38,104 bases of DNA from Phoronis australis (lineage: Eukaryota > Animalia > Phoronida), in the NCBI GenBank assembly GCA_002633005.1, contig NMRA01000173.1:455561-493664 (forward strand), written 5' to 3'. The translations under genes were made by a program, and so were the position numbers. The notes under the pieces were generated by a model. That model was not told where the DNA came from, ran no database searches, and saw nothing but the letters and a program-made list of their open reading frames with translations. Positions 25,840 through 36,928 of the stretch are shown piece by piece; the first letter of the stretch is position 1; the number at the start of each line of letters is the position of its first letter.

Positions 25840-26313
25840 TTTTTATGCACCGGTTAAGAGTTGGTTGTTTTCAAAGGGCCTTGCCAACTTTTGATGGAAC
25901 TTGACATCTTGACCCAAAGATACGTGGTGGGTGTGTATGGATACCACTACTGTAGCTACCCCTGTTGGCCATTTGATTTTCAACGAGATAGTGCTTGTCA
26001 GTTGATTATTGTCAAAACTCCTTAAAAAACTCTTTAAACAGATTTTCATGAAACTAGACACAAGGGTTTTATAGCTGGGTACTGTTAACCAGTTTTATTA
26101 TTGCACAGCTTAGACTACCATAGTACCTCTTGTCGGCCATTTTTGATAGAATATTGCTGTTCATCGATTATTGTCAAAATGACATTGTTGATGAATCTTG
26201 ACAGAGATCTGTACAGCTGGGATTCCCCATCACATTCAGCCTTCATAGTGGCTAAAATAGCCTAATTATGTTACATAATGCTGATAAGCATGCCTGGAAG
26301 CATATCATTTGCT
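25840..26313 (+). mobile_element. Possible helentron-associated (HINE-like) non-autonomous element
   Basis: Starts TTTTATGCAC, has degenerate ~165-bp internal repeats (GGCCATTT...GATTATTGTCAAAA near 25967 and 26135; TGGAACTTG/TGAAACTAG/TGAATCTTG) and ends AGCATATCATTTGCT. Family assignment is from resemblance only. Confidence 0.35.
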
Positions 26314-26365
26314 GTGTAGGTGTGAGCACTTATCACCACTTCATACTGTTATTGTTCCTTCACAG

Positions 26366-26472
26366 GTGAATCTGGCCTTGGAAAGTCAACACTAATCAAC
26401 TCATTATTTCTGAGTGACCTTTACAGTCCTGACTACCCTGGTCCTTCACACAGGATAAAGAAAACAGTTCAG
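26366..26472 (+). CDS. SEPT7: Septin-7 exon with P-loop ([36 protein letters not shown])
   Basis: ttccttcacag| acceptor, GxxxxGKS G1 motif, CAG|gtaggc donor; 107 nt, phase 1 to 0. Confidence 0.97.
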
Positions 26473-27886
26473 GTAGGCTGCTATGTAACAAACTATGTCA
26501 TGTTTCTGCCAACTGTTTTAGGACTTTTAACTCTTGATTGGTTAACACTTCTGCTGATTTTCTTGTTTAGAGCCTCATGTAATGTTCAGTGCTCAATAAG
26601 GTTTGAGGATACATACAACAAAGGGTGCAATCACTTTACACGCTCTAAAACTATTTGATGGTGGATTGTTATGGAACATTTTAGGTAAGGTGCACACGAT
26701 GTCGTATACTGTGACAGGTATTTGCAAGGTAGAATATTCAAGATCTCAGGTGAAAAAAGAATTGGCAACATTAGCAATTGGTGCTATTTAGAGCGACAAA
26801 TTACGAATTAAAGATTTAAGACTATAAAATAAACAACTAAAAACCTAAGGCAGTAGCAGTGCTATGAAAAGTCAAAACAGTCCTACAATCTACATGCAGT
26901 ACATATACAAGTGAGACTGTCCCATGTTGAGAGGAGATGTACAAAACTGTATTTACTCGCTAAAACTATTCTTATGACAGCAGCGTGGTATTTAAAAGAC
27001 CTATTAACAAAATGTATGGTATTATGTCGAGCTATGACAGCCTTATTTGTACCATTCAAGTTCCGAGTGTTATCTGTGACTGCGATAAGATCATGAAGTC
27101 ATCAAGGCGACCTCTAGCGTACTATGTTGATAGTCTCAAGTGCTATTCTCCTTAATCTATGTAAGACAAGTAATTTCAGATCTGCTCTATGCAATATGTA
27201 GTTCCTCGTCAGTAGCAGCTACACTGAATACGTTCGTTAATTGCATAATACAATAAAAATTCTTCAGTGTGTGACACGTTACGGGGGACAGGTGAAATTT
27301 CATTTTGCTAAATTTCTCAGCAAAAATAACTTTTTAAGAAAATTTACTTTGCTCTTAGCCAATGTTCATTCAACATGCATACGCTGCCAAACTATCAACT
27401 TAAAATGTGAAATGTAGACTAAACTCACTCATCATTTACAACTTTTAGTCAACAATGAAGACATTTGGCACTTTTTCTACTGGGTATCAGCGAACCTTAA
27501 CTTTGTCGGGTGAAAAGTGACTTCAGACCTTAGAAACTTGATGTTGTGCTTCTGAAAAATAATTTCATTTCACTTGAGCAGAAATGCGAAGTTTCTGAGA
27601 GTTACCACATAAGTTCTAGTTACTACTATAATTCCTGTTTTAATAATTGAAATTATTTCTAGACTATGATGTGTCATAATTACTTGCCTAAACCTTGGTT
27701 CAACAATTGTCAAGTGGAAGCAGAACACCAGTTTTCTGTCTGAAGTTGTTTTTCATGTAATGGAGACAAGGACTGCAAATTGGAATAAGCTGTGATGAAG
27801 ATAAAATAATGGAGTGTTGCCGTATGTACATAGAATGCATTGCAGACTCACTGTCCATATTGACTTTTAGTACTGTGTGTTGGCAG

Positions 27887-27987
27887 GTTGAGACTACCCA
27901 GGTGTTACTGAAAGAGGGCGGAGTGCAGCTCAGGTTAACTATTGTGGACACCCCAGGATTTGGTGATGCAGTGGATAACAGTAACTG
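27887..27987 (+). CDS. SEPT7: Septin-7 exon with G3 motif ([34 protein letters not shown])
   Basis: tggcag| acceptor, DTPGFGD motif, TG|gtaagt donor; 101 nt, phase 0 to 2. Confidence 0.97.
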
Positions 27988-30085
27988 GTAAGTCTAACAG
28001 TTTAATGAGCCAGGCACACTGCAGCATTTGGTGATGATAATGGGCAGGCTAAGGTTTAGTAAAGCTCTAAGAAAAATGTCCAATTTGGCTAGTTTCGGAA
28101 TATCATATCTCAGAGATGGACAATGGGATTCTTATCAAACTTTTATGGTACTGGGCTTAATGTACTGTTTACTAAAGCACTTTTAGGAATTGTTTTTAAA
28201 GTGTTCCTCTTTTGTATGAGGGTTATGAAATATCAAATTTTCACAAAAAACAAAGAAAATGCACAAAAGAACAACAAACCACAATTTTGAAAACTGTAAC
28301 GGCATTTTTGAGATTTCATGGTCACGTGGCCAACACAACGGCATATTGAGTGACAAACGGATTTCAGCTGGCTTTCTACTTTCAGAAATTTTACGCTTTT
28401 ATGCAGAGTTAAAATATCTATAGTAGATATCTGTCTAAATATATAGACTTGTCGATGAGGTCTTGCAAAACCTTAAGTAACCAGAGACTTTCTCGTTTTG
28501 GTGCTGATAACTGGTAGGTTTCAGTCCATGTGTCACGTGGTGAATATCTTGCCGGTATGCGGTTGAAACAACACAATTTGATTTGGATGTAATAATGAGT
28601 ATATTGACTAAATGTTTGAATTTCCCTAAATGAATAATCATAAAGATTAACAAAGAAGGCTAATTTAATCAGTCTGTGATCACGTTTTCCCATTCCTGGC
28701 GTCGGCCTTGGATCCAGTGTTACACTTGTGAGGATTTTCCTCTTCTCTTGATCATTTGATCCAGTCATCCAAGCAGTCTTCACGTGATGAAATGCTTTGG
28801 AATAACCATGACGTTCAGTCCATCGAACAACATATATGTTAGCATTGAATTCAGTGCATCGAATTCTAGATACATTGTATCCCTTTGAAATTCAGTCCCT
28901 CGAATTTCTGCTACATGTATCGGATTGAACTTCAGTCCATCGAATTTCTATAACTTGTGATATTTCTCAGCAAACCAGTAGCATCTCTTCAGGAATATCT
29001 GCGATATCTCTCTAGCAAGCTGGTTGCCTCTCTCCAAGAAATATCTAATACCTCTATACCAATCTGGTTGCCTCTCGTTGGAAATATGCCTTCTTGAGGA
29101 GCTAACGGTATACTTATACTCGAACAGAATAAAGGTGGGCGAGTTAGATCAAAACATAAAACCCACAAACTTCCTCCAAATGTACTCATAGTTCCAAAAC
29201 AACTCCCGGAACAACATCATAAGATTCCACTTATGAACCTAGTAAGCTTTCGCCAAATATGGTCACGGACAGACAAACCTTTAAGTAATTTCTGCTCAAT
29301 AATAACAAGACTATTGTTGTCACAACTGGCTAACCCCAAAGTTGACCAATTCTGGTGAATTTAAAGTTACATATCTCTGCTAGCATAGCATAAACACATG
29401 GTTAGAGACAAACATGTTGATTCATTTCCTATGCACTCATAGGAGGCAATAAATTTCAGTAAACAACTAATACCTTTAATTAATTACGCAACAACCACTA
29501 TATACTTAATTAATACTAATACTTCTCATGTAATATTATTCTCATGTACATAGTTAATCCAAGTTGTAATGTGTTTGTATCATACTTAAATGATAAATAA
29601 ATGACATATTCATCCTACATAAAATCTCCCTGTAACACCATGAAATAAAGACCTGTGAATTTCAACAGATTTTGTTGCGTCTTTGAACAGCAACGATTTC
29701 ATAGTTCTTCTCATGTCTGGAAATCACTTTTAACCTGAGTAAGGATTGCAACTAGTGGATTCCAGTTTTATAACAATTAATTTTTAATTCATGAGTTGGA
29801 TGTTGTTTTGACATGGAAAGCCCAGTAGTTGGGTGACTTGGTGCATATTGTGGAGAAAGACAACACTGACATATTTTAATGTTGGCAAGTAATATTCAAA
29901 GCTTGGTTAATATTACTCAAATTATCTATCACTTTTGTACACAATTAACTCTCAGGTGATGGTTAGATGTAAGAAAAGTAACATTCCTTAGTGTAATCAT
30001 GCATGAGGTGTGGGTCATTCATTAGAATGCTGGTAACACTATGATATGAACATGTAATTTGAAAACTCTAAATTGTTTTCAACAG

Positions 30086-30220
30086 TTGGCAACCTGTAAT
30101 AGACTACATTGAGAACAAGTGTGAGGAGTACTTGAATGGAGAGTCCCGTGTTAACAGACGGGCCATGCCTGACAACAGGGTGCACTGTTGTCTCTATTTC
30201 ATTGCACCCTCCGGACATGG
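30086..30220 (+). CDS. SEPT7: Septin-7 exon ([45 protein letters not shown])
   Basis: ttttcaacag| acceptor, septin [11 protein letters not shown] motif, GG|gtaagt donor; 135 nt, phase 2 to 2. Confidence 0.97.
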
Positions 30221-30776
30221 GTAAGTATGCCAGCTTGTTGATCATGTATACTATGAGAGACTACCGGCAAGCTAACATGTGATGCAGCATAATTGGGTTG
30301 AACTTGAAATGCGGTTTTGGCTGCCCAGTTATACTACCTATGAATTAAAACAGACACTGAGTAAGATGTCATATGCATATATGAACATGTGATAACTAAA
30401 CTTTCCTATTGGAAGCTTTAGAGCAGTAGATCCCTGAGTGAGCCAAAACCACATATCACTCACTACTTAACTGTTTGTGCAGATTACTCGTGCCAGTTGG
30501 ATGTATTTTATTCTTGAGTTAAATAAGCATTGGCATTTGAAGACGAGCATTTGAGCTTTTATGTTCAATAATGATCATAAAACAATGAAAGATTAAGTGT
30601 TGCCATGACTACAGAACTTATCTAGGAAGCACCAGCCTGGTGTATCTCTTAATAACTAAATACAAATTGTTTTCTATTTACTCTTCAAAATGTTGTCCTC
30701 GTTGTTGGAAGTTGCAAGTTATGTAAAGTGACTACATGTATTCAAATAGCAAGAGCCTAGGTTTTATGTTTTTCAG

Positions 30777-30894
30777 ATTGAAGCCCCTCGATGTGGAATT
30801 CATGAAAAGGTTACATGATAAAGTGAACATAATTCCTTTGGTAGCCAAAGCAGACACTATGACGCCAGACGAGTGTAGAGAATTTAAGAAAACT
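30777..30894 (+). CDS. SEPT7: Septin-7 exon with G4 motif ([39 protein letters not shown])
   Basis: tttttcag| acceptor, AKAD motif, ACT|gtaagt donor; 118 nt, phase 2 to 0. Confidence 0.97.
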
Positions 30895-31299
30895 GTAAGT
30901 AGTGCTTGACTTTCTTTTTGAACACCCGGCCTGTTTATTTTGTTTTTCATTTCAGTTGTTCAATTTTGAAAGCCTTTGAAGAGTAGAAACGTCAATTTTT
31001 GTATCAATTATTTCTGCCCCAAATTGAAGGTTTTTTACCATGATAGAACGCTAAGTCATAAACTCCCTTTTGCAGTTTTGCTTGGTTTGCTAATGTTCCT
31101 ACCAGTTAGTGCTGCTTGTTCACTACTGAGATATTGTTACATGAGTGTGATGTGGGTAGATTTACATAACTTATATAGACTGTACTCTTGTGTTAACTGT
31201 TGTCATTTAGCACTGGAGTGTTCTCAAGCGTGGATGGGAGTGTTGTCATGCATGGATGGGAAGTGAAGTCATTTTTTGACTTATTTCTTTTTTTTGTAG

Positions 31300-31392
31300 A
31301 TTTTGAATGAAATAGCTCAACACAAAATCAGGATCTATGAATTCCCGGACATAGATGATGAGGAAGAAAACAAAGTATTAAAGAAACTAAAG
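31300..31392 (+). CDS. SEPT7: Septin-7 exon ([31 protein letters not shown])
   Basis: poly-T tgtag| acceptor, IYEFP plus acidic stretch, AAG|gtatgt donor; 93 nt, phase 0 to 0. Confidence 0.96.
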
Positions 31393-31761
31393 GTATGTCA
31401 AATTAATTAATATATTGATTATCAGGCAATCATAATAAGACTCCATTGGCTGCTTTTGATTCACTCTGTGTGTTCAGTCGGGTCAACAGATTAGACATCT
31501 GATTGGCATGAAAATTTGAAGTTGTCATCGAGAACCAGTCAGTATCGGTTAGCCAATTGACCCGGCACAGTGAATCTAATGCAGTCAATGTTTTTATGAC
31601 CAATAATGCCCACTGCATGGTAATGTCCTGTTTGTTATTATGGTAAACTTGATCTGTTGGGATGTGCATCAGATATTAGATTTATACAAGTTTCCTTTTT
31701 GTCACAATGTGAGAGAAAACGAGATGTGTTGTTGATTAAATTTCTGAAAACTTCATTTCAG

Positions 31762-31858
31762 GACAGAGTACCTTTCGCAGTTGTTGGTAGTAACGCTACA
31801 CTAAGTGTGGGGGGCAAACAAGTGCGCGGCCGACAGTACCCCTGGGGTGTTGTAGAAG
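31762..31858 (+). CDS. SEPT7: Septin-7 exon ([33 protein letters not shown])
   Basis: tttcag| acceptor, PFAVVGS and RGRxYPWG motifs, G|gtaggg donor; 97 nt, phase 0 to 1. Confidence 0.97.
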
Positions 31859-32558
31859 GTAGGGTCATGGATGTTTTCATCCACAACTAGTTAACAAGCA
31901 ATCAATTTTTTTATTCACAGACAAAAAATGTGTTTGTCTGTCCGTCTCAAAAACTGTGAAATGGACTATAATGAAACTTGGCATCTAGTTATATGGCCCA
32001 GATATGCCAGTACGGTTGATTAGATTTTTTGTTGTTGCTCACCAATTTTTGGTTTGTGGAATGACTTGATAGGAAATGTGCTGGCACCTGTCTATTTTTG
32101 GGTGGAATCAATTACTGTGCCCCCCCCGACTCCCCCTGGTGACCATTATAGGTTGCTGTTGTTAGGCCAGATACCATCCAAACTACTCCTAAGCCAGTCA
32201 TTGAACATAGGTTTATATCTGGAATTTTCCTAAAGCTACTACTCCATCAGTGTTTATCACAGTGATGTCACCAACGGATTATGGTAACGCTTCCAAATTT
32301 GCACAAATCCTAGTATTACAATTACGAATGAATTTATGGACAATTTACCTTAATTCATAAAAGTACAAAACTGATAATACTTAGAAGTGCGTCATTATTA
32401 CCTGTTAGGATTGTGGAAGTCTGCTAGTCAAATCTACATTTTTAAACTATGCCTTTTGATATTGAAATGATAATAATTCTTAATATTAAGAATAGTGAGG
32501 ATTGAGGTGCATTGAAATTTCAGTTAGAAATTGAGTTTACTGTCTTTTGTTATTTCAG

Positions 32559-32727
32559 TGGAGAATCTAGAACACAACGATTTTATGGCGCTGAAAAAGA
32601 TGGTTGTCCGCACACATATGCAAGATCTGAAAGATGTGACGAACAATGTTCACTATGAGAACTATCGTTATAACAAACTGGCTTCTGTAGGGGGCGCTGA
32701 TACCAAATCAAAGAATTCCGGTTCAAA
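32559..32727 (+). CDS. SEPT7: Septin-7 exon, septin unique element ([56 protein letters not shown])
   Basis: tatttcag| acceptor, HYENYR motif, AA|gtaagt donor; 169 nt, phase 1 to 2. Confidence 0.96.
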
Positions 32728-33311
32728 GTAAGTATGAGGGTTCATGATTAAATCTTGCTGGAATCTTGGTAAAACAAGAGTGTTCAAATGAAGTCTACGG
32801 ATAGTTAATCTCGTGATTTCTTCGTGTTAGGCATTTTTGACAAGATTGACATAAGCTTTTAATATAAATTAATTATCCAGATGGAAGTCATGTTTGTTTC
32901 ATGACTTTATCATCGATGTCAAACTGTCGGTGGAGTTCAATGATTAAAGCTTCAATTCATTCAAAGTCGACTTTCAGACATTTTATTGCTTCAAATGAAG
33001 CTGCGTCTATTCTGGAGCAATAGTTTTCAAAACCTAATGAAGAATCTTGTTGAGAGGCAACGGAAATTGAAAACATCAAATTTCTGGCAAGGCTTTCTTC
33101 TTTGCTCTTGATAATTGTTGGGTTTTCATTTTGCCATATGGAAACAGCAATTTTCTGTACTTTCTTTTTCAGGCTTTAGCAGGTTATTAACCTAAATTTT
33201 CATGAATAGAGGTGACAAATTTTCAGGTCAGTCAAAGCCTTTGTTTGTCCACTCAATATGTTGTTATCAAATCAGGTTTTATCTGACTTCTGACCATTCT
33301 ATATTTTGCAG

Positions 33312-33447
33312 AGATCCAATCACACAGATGGAAGAAGAGAAAAAAGAGCACGAGGCTAAAATGAAAAAGATGGAGGCTGAAATGGAGCAAGTGTTTGAGA
33401 TGAAGGTCAAGGAAAAGAAGCAGAAGTTGAAGGACTCAGAGGCAGAC
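33312..33447 (+). CDS. SEPT7: Septin-7 coiled-coil exon 1 ([45 protein letters not shown])
   Basis: ttttgcag| acceptor, SEPT7-type [15 protein letters not shown]|gtgagt donor; 136 nt, phase 2 to 0. Confidence 0.96.
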
Positions 33448-33812
33448 GTGAGTATGGGAACCAGATGACATTCCAGTTTTGAGAGGATGATCATTGCATG
33501 AAATGTCTTCACTGTTTATGGAAATTAAGAAATAAGTTGAAGTAACTGGAAAGCATTTTTTTAGAAAAAATAGGTGGAAAAAGTTGCTTTTACTGTCATT
33601 CTGGAAATGTGGAAGCTCAATCTTTTTGTGTGAAGATCAATGAACTTGGGTCTGGGTAACTAAACATGTAATCAGTTAACGAAACTAAATTTTTGATTTT
33701 GACCTCACTGGCTACGACTGCTGTAAACCTGATCTCAGTTGATTCTATGTCTCTTTTAATAAACAGTGGTTTCTTGACTTGCCAAGAACTGACAGCTTGT
33801 TGTTGCTTGAAA

Positions 33813-34298
33813 TGTGCTCAGCACGTATAATGACTCATTGTGTAGACCTTGCTCAGCACATAGAATGACTCACTGTGTGGACCTTGCTTAGCACATAGAA
33901 TGACTCACCATGTGTACCTTGCTCAGCACATAGAATGACTCACTGTGTGAACCTTGCTCTGAACATAGATTGACTCACCGTGTGGGCCTTGCTCAGCACA
34001 TAGAATGACTCACTGTGTGAACATTGCTCTGAACATAGAATGACTCACCGTGTGAACCTTGCTCAACAATGACTCACCGTGTGAACCTTGCTCAGCACAT
34101 AGTGTGACTGACGGTGTGGACCTTGCTCAGCATTTAGAATGACTCACTGTGTGGACCTTGCTCAGCACATAGAATGACTCACCATTTGGACCTTGCTCAG
34201 CACATAGTGTGACTGACGGTGTGGACCTTGCTCAGCATTTAGAATGACTCACTGTGTGAACCTTGCTCAGCACATGGAATATGACTCACCATGTGGAA
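33813..34298. repeat. 35-bp minisatellite, about 14 copies
   Basis: CCTTGCTCAGCACATAGAATGACTCACTGTGTG(G/A)A unit at 33847, 33882, 33917 and onward. Confidence 0.94.
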
Positions 34299-34633
34299 CC
34301 ATCTTGTTGAGCTGGTCTCTAATTTTAGTGAGGAACACATTCAGACCATCATTACTGTGTGTGGTTTAAATAAAAATTTTTGACTAAAGGTTAGGGTTAT
34401 AGTAGCTTTTAAATGACATTTAATGAACTGTTGATTAGAAAGGGTACCGCAATAAACTAGGGAATCAGATCTAGAGTAGAAGCACAAAATGACTGGCCAG
34501 TGTTGGGTTGGTTAAGTGTGAACAATGGTCTGTAATGTTTAGGTGAATTGGACAAGCTGTATGGCTTAAATTGCCTTGAAGAGACTTGATGTCTGGATAT
34601 ATCAAGTACAATGTGTTGCACAATGTTTTGCAG

Positions 34634-34782
34634 CTGGAGAGGCGGGCGGAGCAGATGAGAAAGAGCCTGGAGCAACAGGAGAAAGAGCTGGAGGAGAAGA
34701 GGAGACAATTTGAGAAGGAAAAGTCAGCGTTTGAAGAGCAGACGAAGACATTTGATCAGGAGATGAAGAACAGATCACTTGA
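34634..34782 (+). CDS. SEPT7: Septin-7 coiled-coil exon 2 (LERRAEQMRKSLEQQEKELEEKRRQFEKEKSAFEEQTKTFDQEMKNRSL-E)
   Basis: ttttgcag| acceptor, KELEEKRRQFE motif, GA|gtaagt donor; 149 nt, phase 0 to 2. Confidence 0.95.
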
Positions 34783-34796
34783 GTAAGTGGTGGGAG

Positions 34797-34898
34797 GCTG
34801 TGAGGCAAATAGGGCAGTGGTTGGTGTTAGGGGGCACTGTGTGACAAGTGAGGCAGTGGTTGGGGTTAGGGGGCGCTGTGTGACAAGTAAGGCAGTGC
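34797..34898 (+). repeat. 39-bp G-rich tandem repeat, about 2.5 copies
   Basis: GGCAGTG at 34813, 34852 and 34891 with GGGGTTAGGGGG-type runs. Confidence 0.75.
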
Positions 34899-35394
34899 TT
34901 GAAAGCAAGTTGAAGTGAAGGGAGACTTTGATGAGATGAAGTGACCAGAAGATGAATAATAAATTGGTTATTTGAGAAAAAATTGTTGAGTGGAGGCTGG
35001 GCGGCAAGTGACTCAGTGGTTAAGGGGCAGTTGGGAAATGGCAGCTTACAAGGTTTACATTAGCTGATGAAAAGCGGATTTGGACCATTAATGAATCTGA
35101 CAAGTGTTTATTACATTTTTGGATGTTCAAATGTGTAGCTGTGAACATTACCAATCATGCAACTTTATGATGTGGATTGAGCTTTAACTCCTGTCTCAGT
35201 GAGGAAGGACGTGCAAGCAGTAAAACACCCCTGGCATACTTGATTTCACCCATACTATTGGTAAAGCACAAATAAGCACATTACAGTCACTATTGCAGAA
35301 ATTATTTATATATCATACGTGCACCTTAATATTGAAGGAGTTTGTGAATACAGTGTTCGTCTTCAGCTTTGTACAGTGTGTATTGTCTTTCCAG

Positions 35395-35440
35395 GTCTGT
35401 TGATGGTAAAAAGAAAGACAAGAAGAAGGGCATATTTTAA
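35395..35440 (+). CDS. SEPT7: Septin-7 terminal coding exon (SVDGKKKDKKKGIF*)
   Basis: tctttccag| acceptor, phase 2 compatible; basic tail ending GIF-stop resembles the SEPT7 KKKGKIF C-terminus; TAA at 35438-35440. Confidence 0.92.
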
Positions 35441-36928
35441 CAAAAACTTTCGTCGTAAAGATGGCCAAATCTGTAAGCTTCCTGGACCAAGTGTGACAGT
35501 GCTGCACCCTGTTGGTGGACCTGTGAATGAGATGACAGTTATGAAATCTTGCTAAGCTCCAGTTGTGTTCCCTTTCGAAGGTGCTGCTTTAAAAGCTTGC
35601 TAATGTTAGAAGAGATAACATGACTTTTGTGACAAAAACAGCCATATTATGTAGTTTTATTATCACTAATTTTGGTAGTGGCGAATTTCCACAAGAACAC
35701 CTCATTAGTTCAGCTTACTTATTTATAATACGCTGATTGTATTGTATTGTATTGTATTATTACATAGCAACATTCAGTCAACTCTATGTACCAGTTGATT
35801 TGATTACAACGAACTTTGGTTTCCATTATTATTTAGAAGAGTTTTGGATGGGTTCGTTACACTATTTGACAATATTGAATCTTAGTATAATTTCTTACAT
35901 CAGATATTTTGACAGTGGAAAATCAGCCAGAGTGTACCACCATGCTTTGCTTGTTCATTACATTGTTGTGTTTGTGTGACATGCGGTGCCAGGTTGTGTA
36001 TATTGAATTCCAGTAACAGAACACTGACGCAGTCGGGCAGCAAGTGCCATGGCTTTGCTAACTTTTTGCCTTCGAGACTGAGATGGGTTAGTGTGGTCTA
36101 CTGTGTGGTCTAATTCTGTGTTTGCCAGTTAACTTGGAGACTGGTGTGGTTACAGTAGAAGTGGTCAACTTGTTCCAGAGGCATTGGAATGAAGTTGTGC
36201 AGTGCCAGCATTAATTGCATAGTTACTGGATGGAGCTTCAATTGTGTACTCGAGATGTAATGGCATTTTGCCAATGTATTTGTTCTTCTCGTTGTCAATT
36301 GCGTGGTCAGCATCTAGCTTCATAATTCAAGACGTGTTAATTGGCTTGGTCTGTTGTTGCTGTTATGTGTTTTTCTGTTGTTTTGTGACGTACAAATCTG
36401 TTGTTATAATTTCACCCGTAAAGCCTCTGGAGGTTACAAGACATTACATTCTGCTTAGGACTAGTAAAAGCTAACACTTGGTCTTGTTTGAGTTAAGGCT
36501 GTACACATGCTCAGATGGTGGAATGTTGAATTGTTCTAGGTAAGCTCATCGTCGAAGTTGTGAAGGTGGGCGTTCCAACTTAAATGTGAGCTGCGATCAC
36601 GCGTCAGTTGCAATATGTTGCTCTCCTGGAATGTGCACCATTCCTAGGACTGTCTTACCACCAAGCAGATGTATACTGGCCCCGTGATTTCATGTAGTCT
36701 TACTTCAAATTGTTACTGAAATTAAAAAAGTGCACCTCTGGTTGTGCAGCATGGCATTGTGTGTGAAATTTCTCTCAAGTTGTATTTAGCATATATTATA
36801 ATGGCCACTGTTTTAGGATGTCTTCCTGTTCTAAGCTCTCGTAGATTTGTACTGATACATTGTTTTCTATAACATTTCATCAGTTGAATGACGCTATTGG
36901 TGAGAAAAAATCATTTCCCAAAATTAAA
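35441..36928 (+). other. Probable septin-7 3' UTR (end uncertain)
   Basis: U/GU-rich sequence after the stop; variant poly(A) signals ATTAAA at 36721 and 36923; I saw no canonical AATAAA. Confidence 0.4.

Larger units (their letters stand above)
3911..35440 (+). other. SEPT7: Septin-7 gene span (coding portion; alternative first exons A/B plus 11 shared exons)
   Basis: Manual splicing gives one continuous frame. Isoform A: 348+253+107+101+135+118+93+97+169+136+149+46 = 1752 nt (583 aa + stop). Isoform B uses a 408-nt first exon: 1812 nt (603 aa + stop). SEPT7-group signatures: [74 protein letters not shown]. Confidence 0.96.

Noticed and set aside
33813-34298. CRISPR-like appearance of this and other repeat arrays
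   Set aside because: Units are contiguous with no unique spacers, there are no cas genes, and the context is a eukaryotic intron.
30039-34808. Minus-strand ORFs overlapping septin exons
   Set aside because: Antisense shadows of the coding exons.
35358-35394. Alternative acceptors upstream of the last exon (35366, 35376)
   Set aside because: The 35394 acceptor has the best pyrimidine tract and gives the SEPT7-like tail; the others cannot be supported without reads.
35438-35458. Stop-codon readthrough (TAA CAA ...)
   Set aside because: TAA is the least leaky stop and the extension would be only a few residues (xQKLSS*); no supporting evidence.
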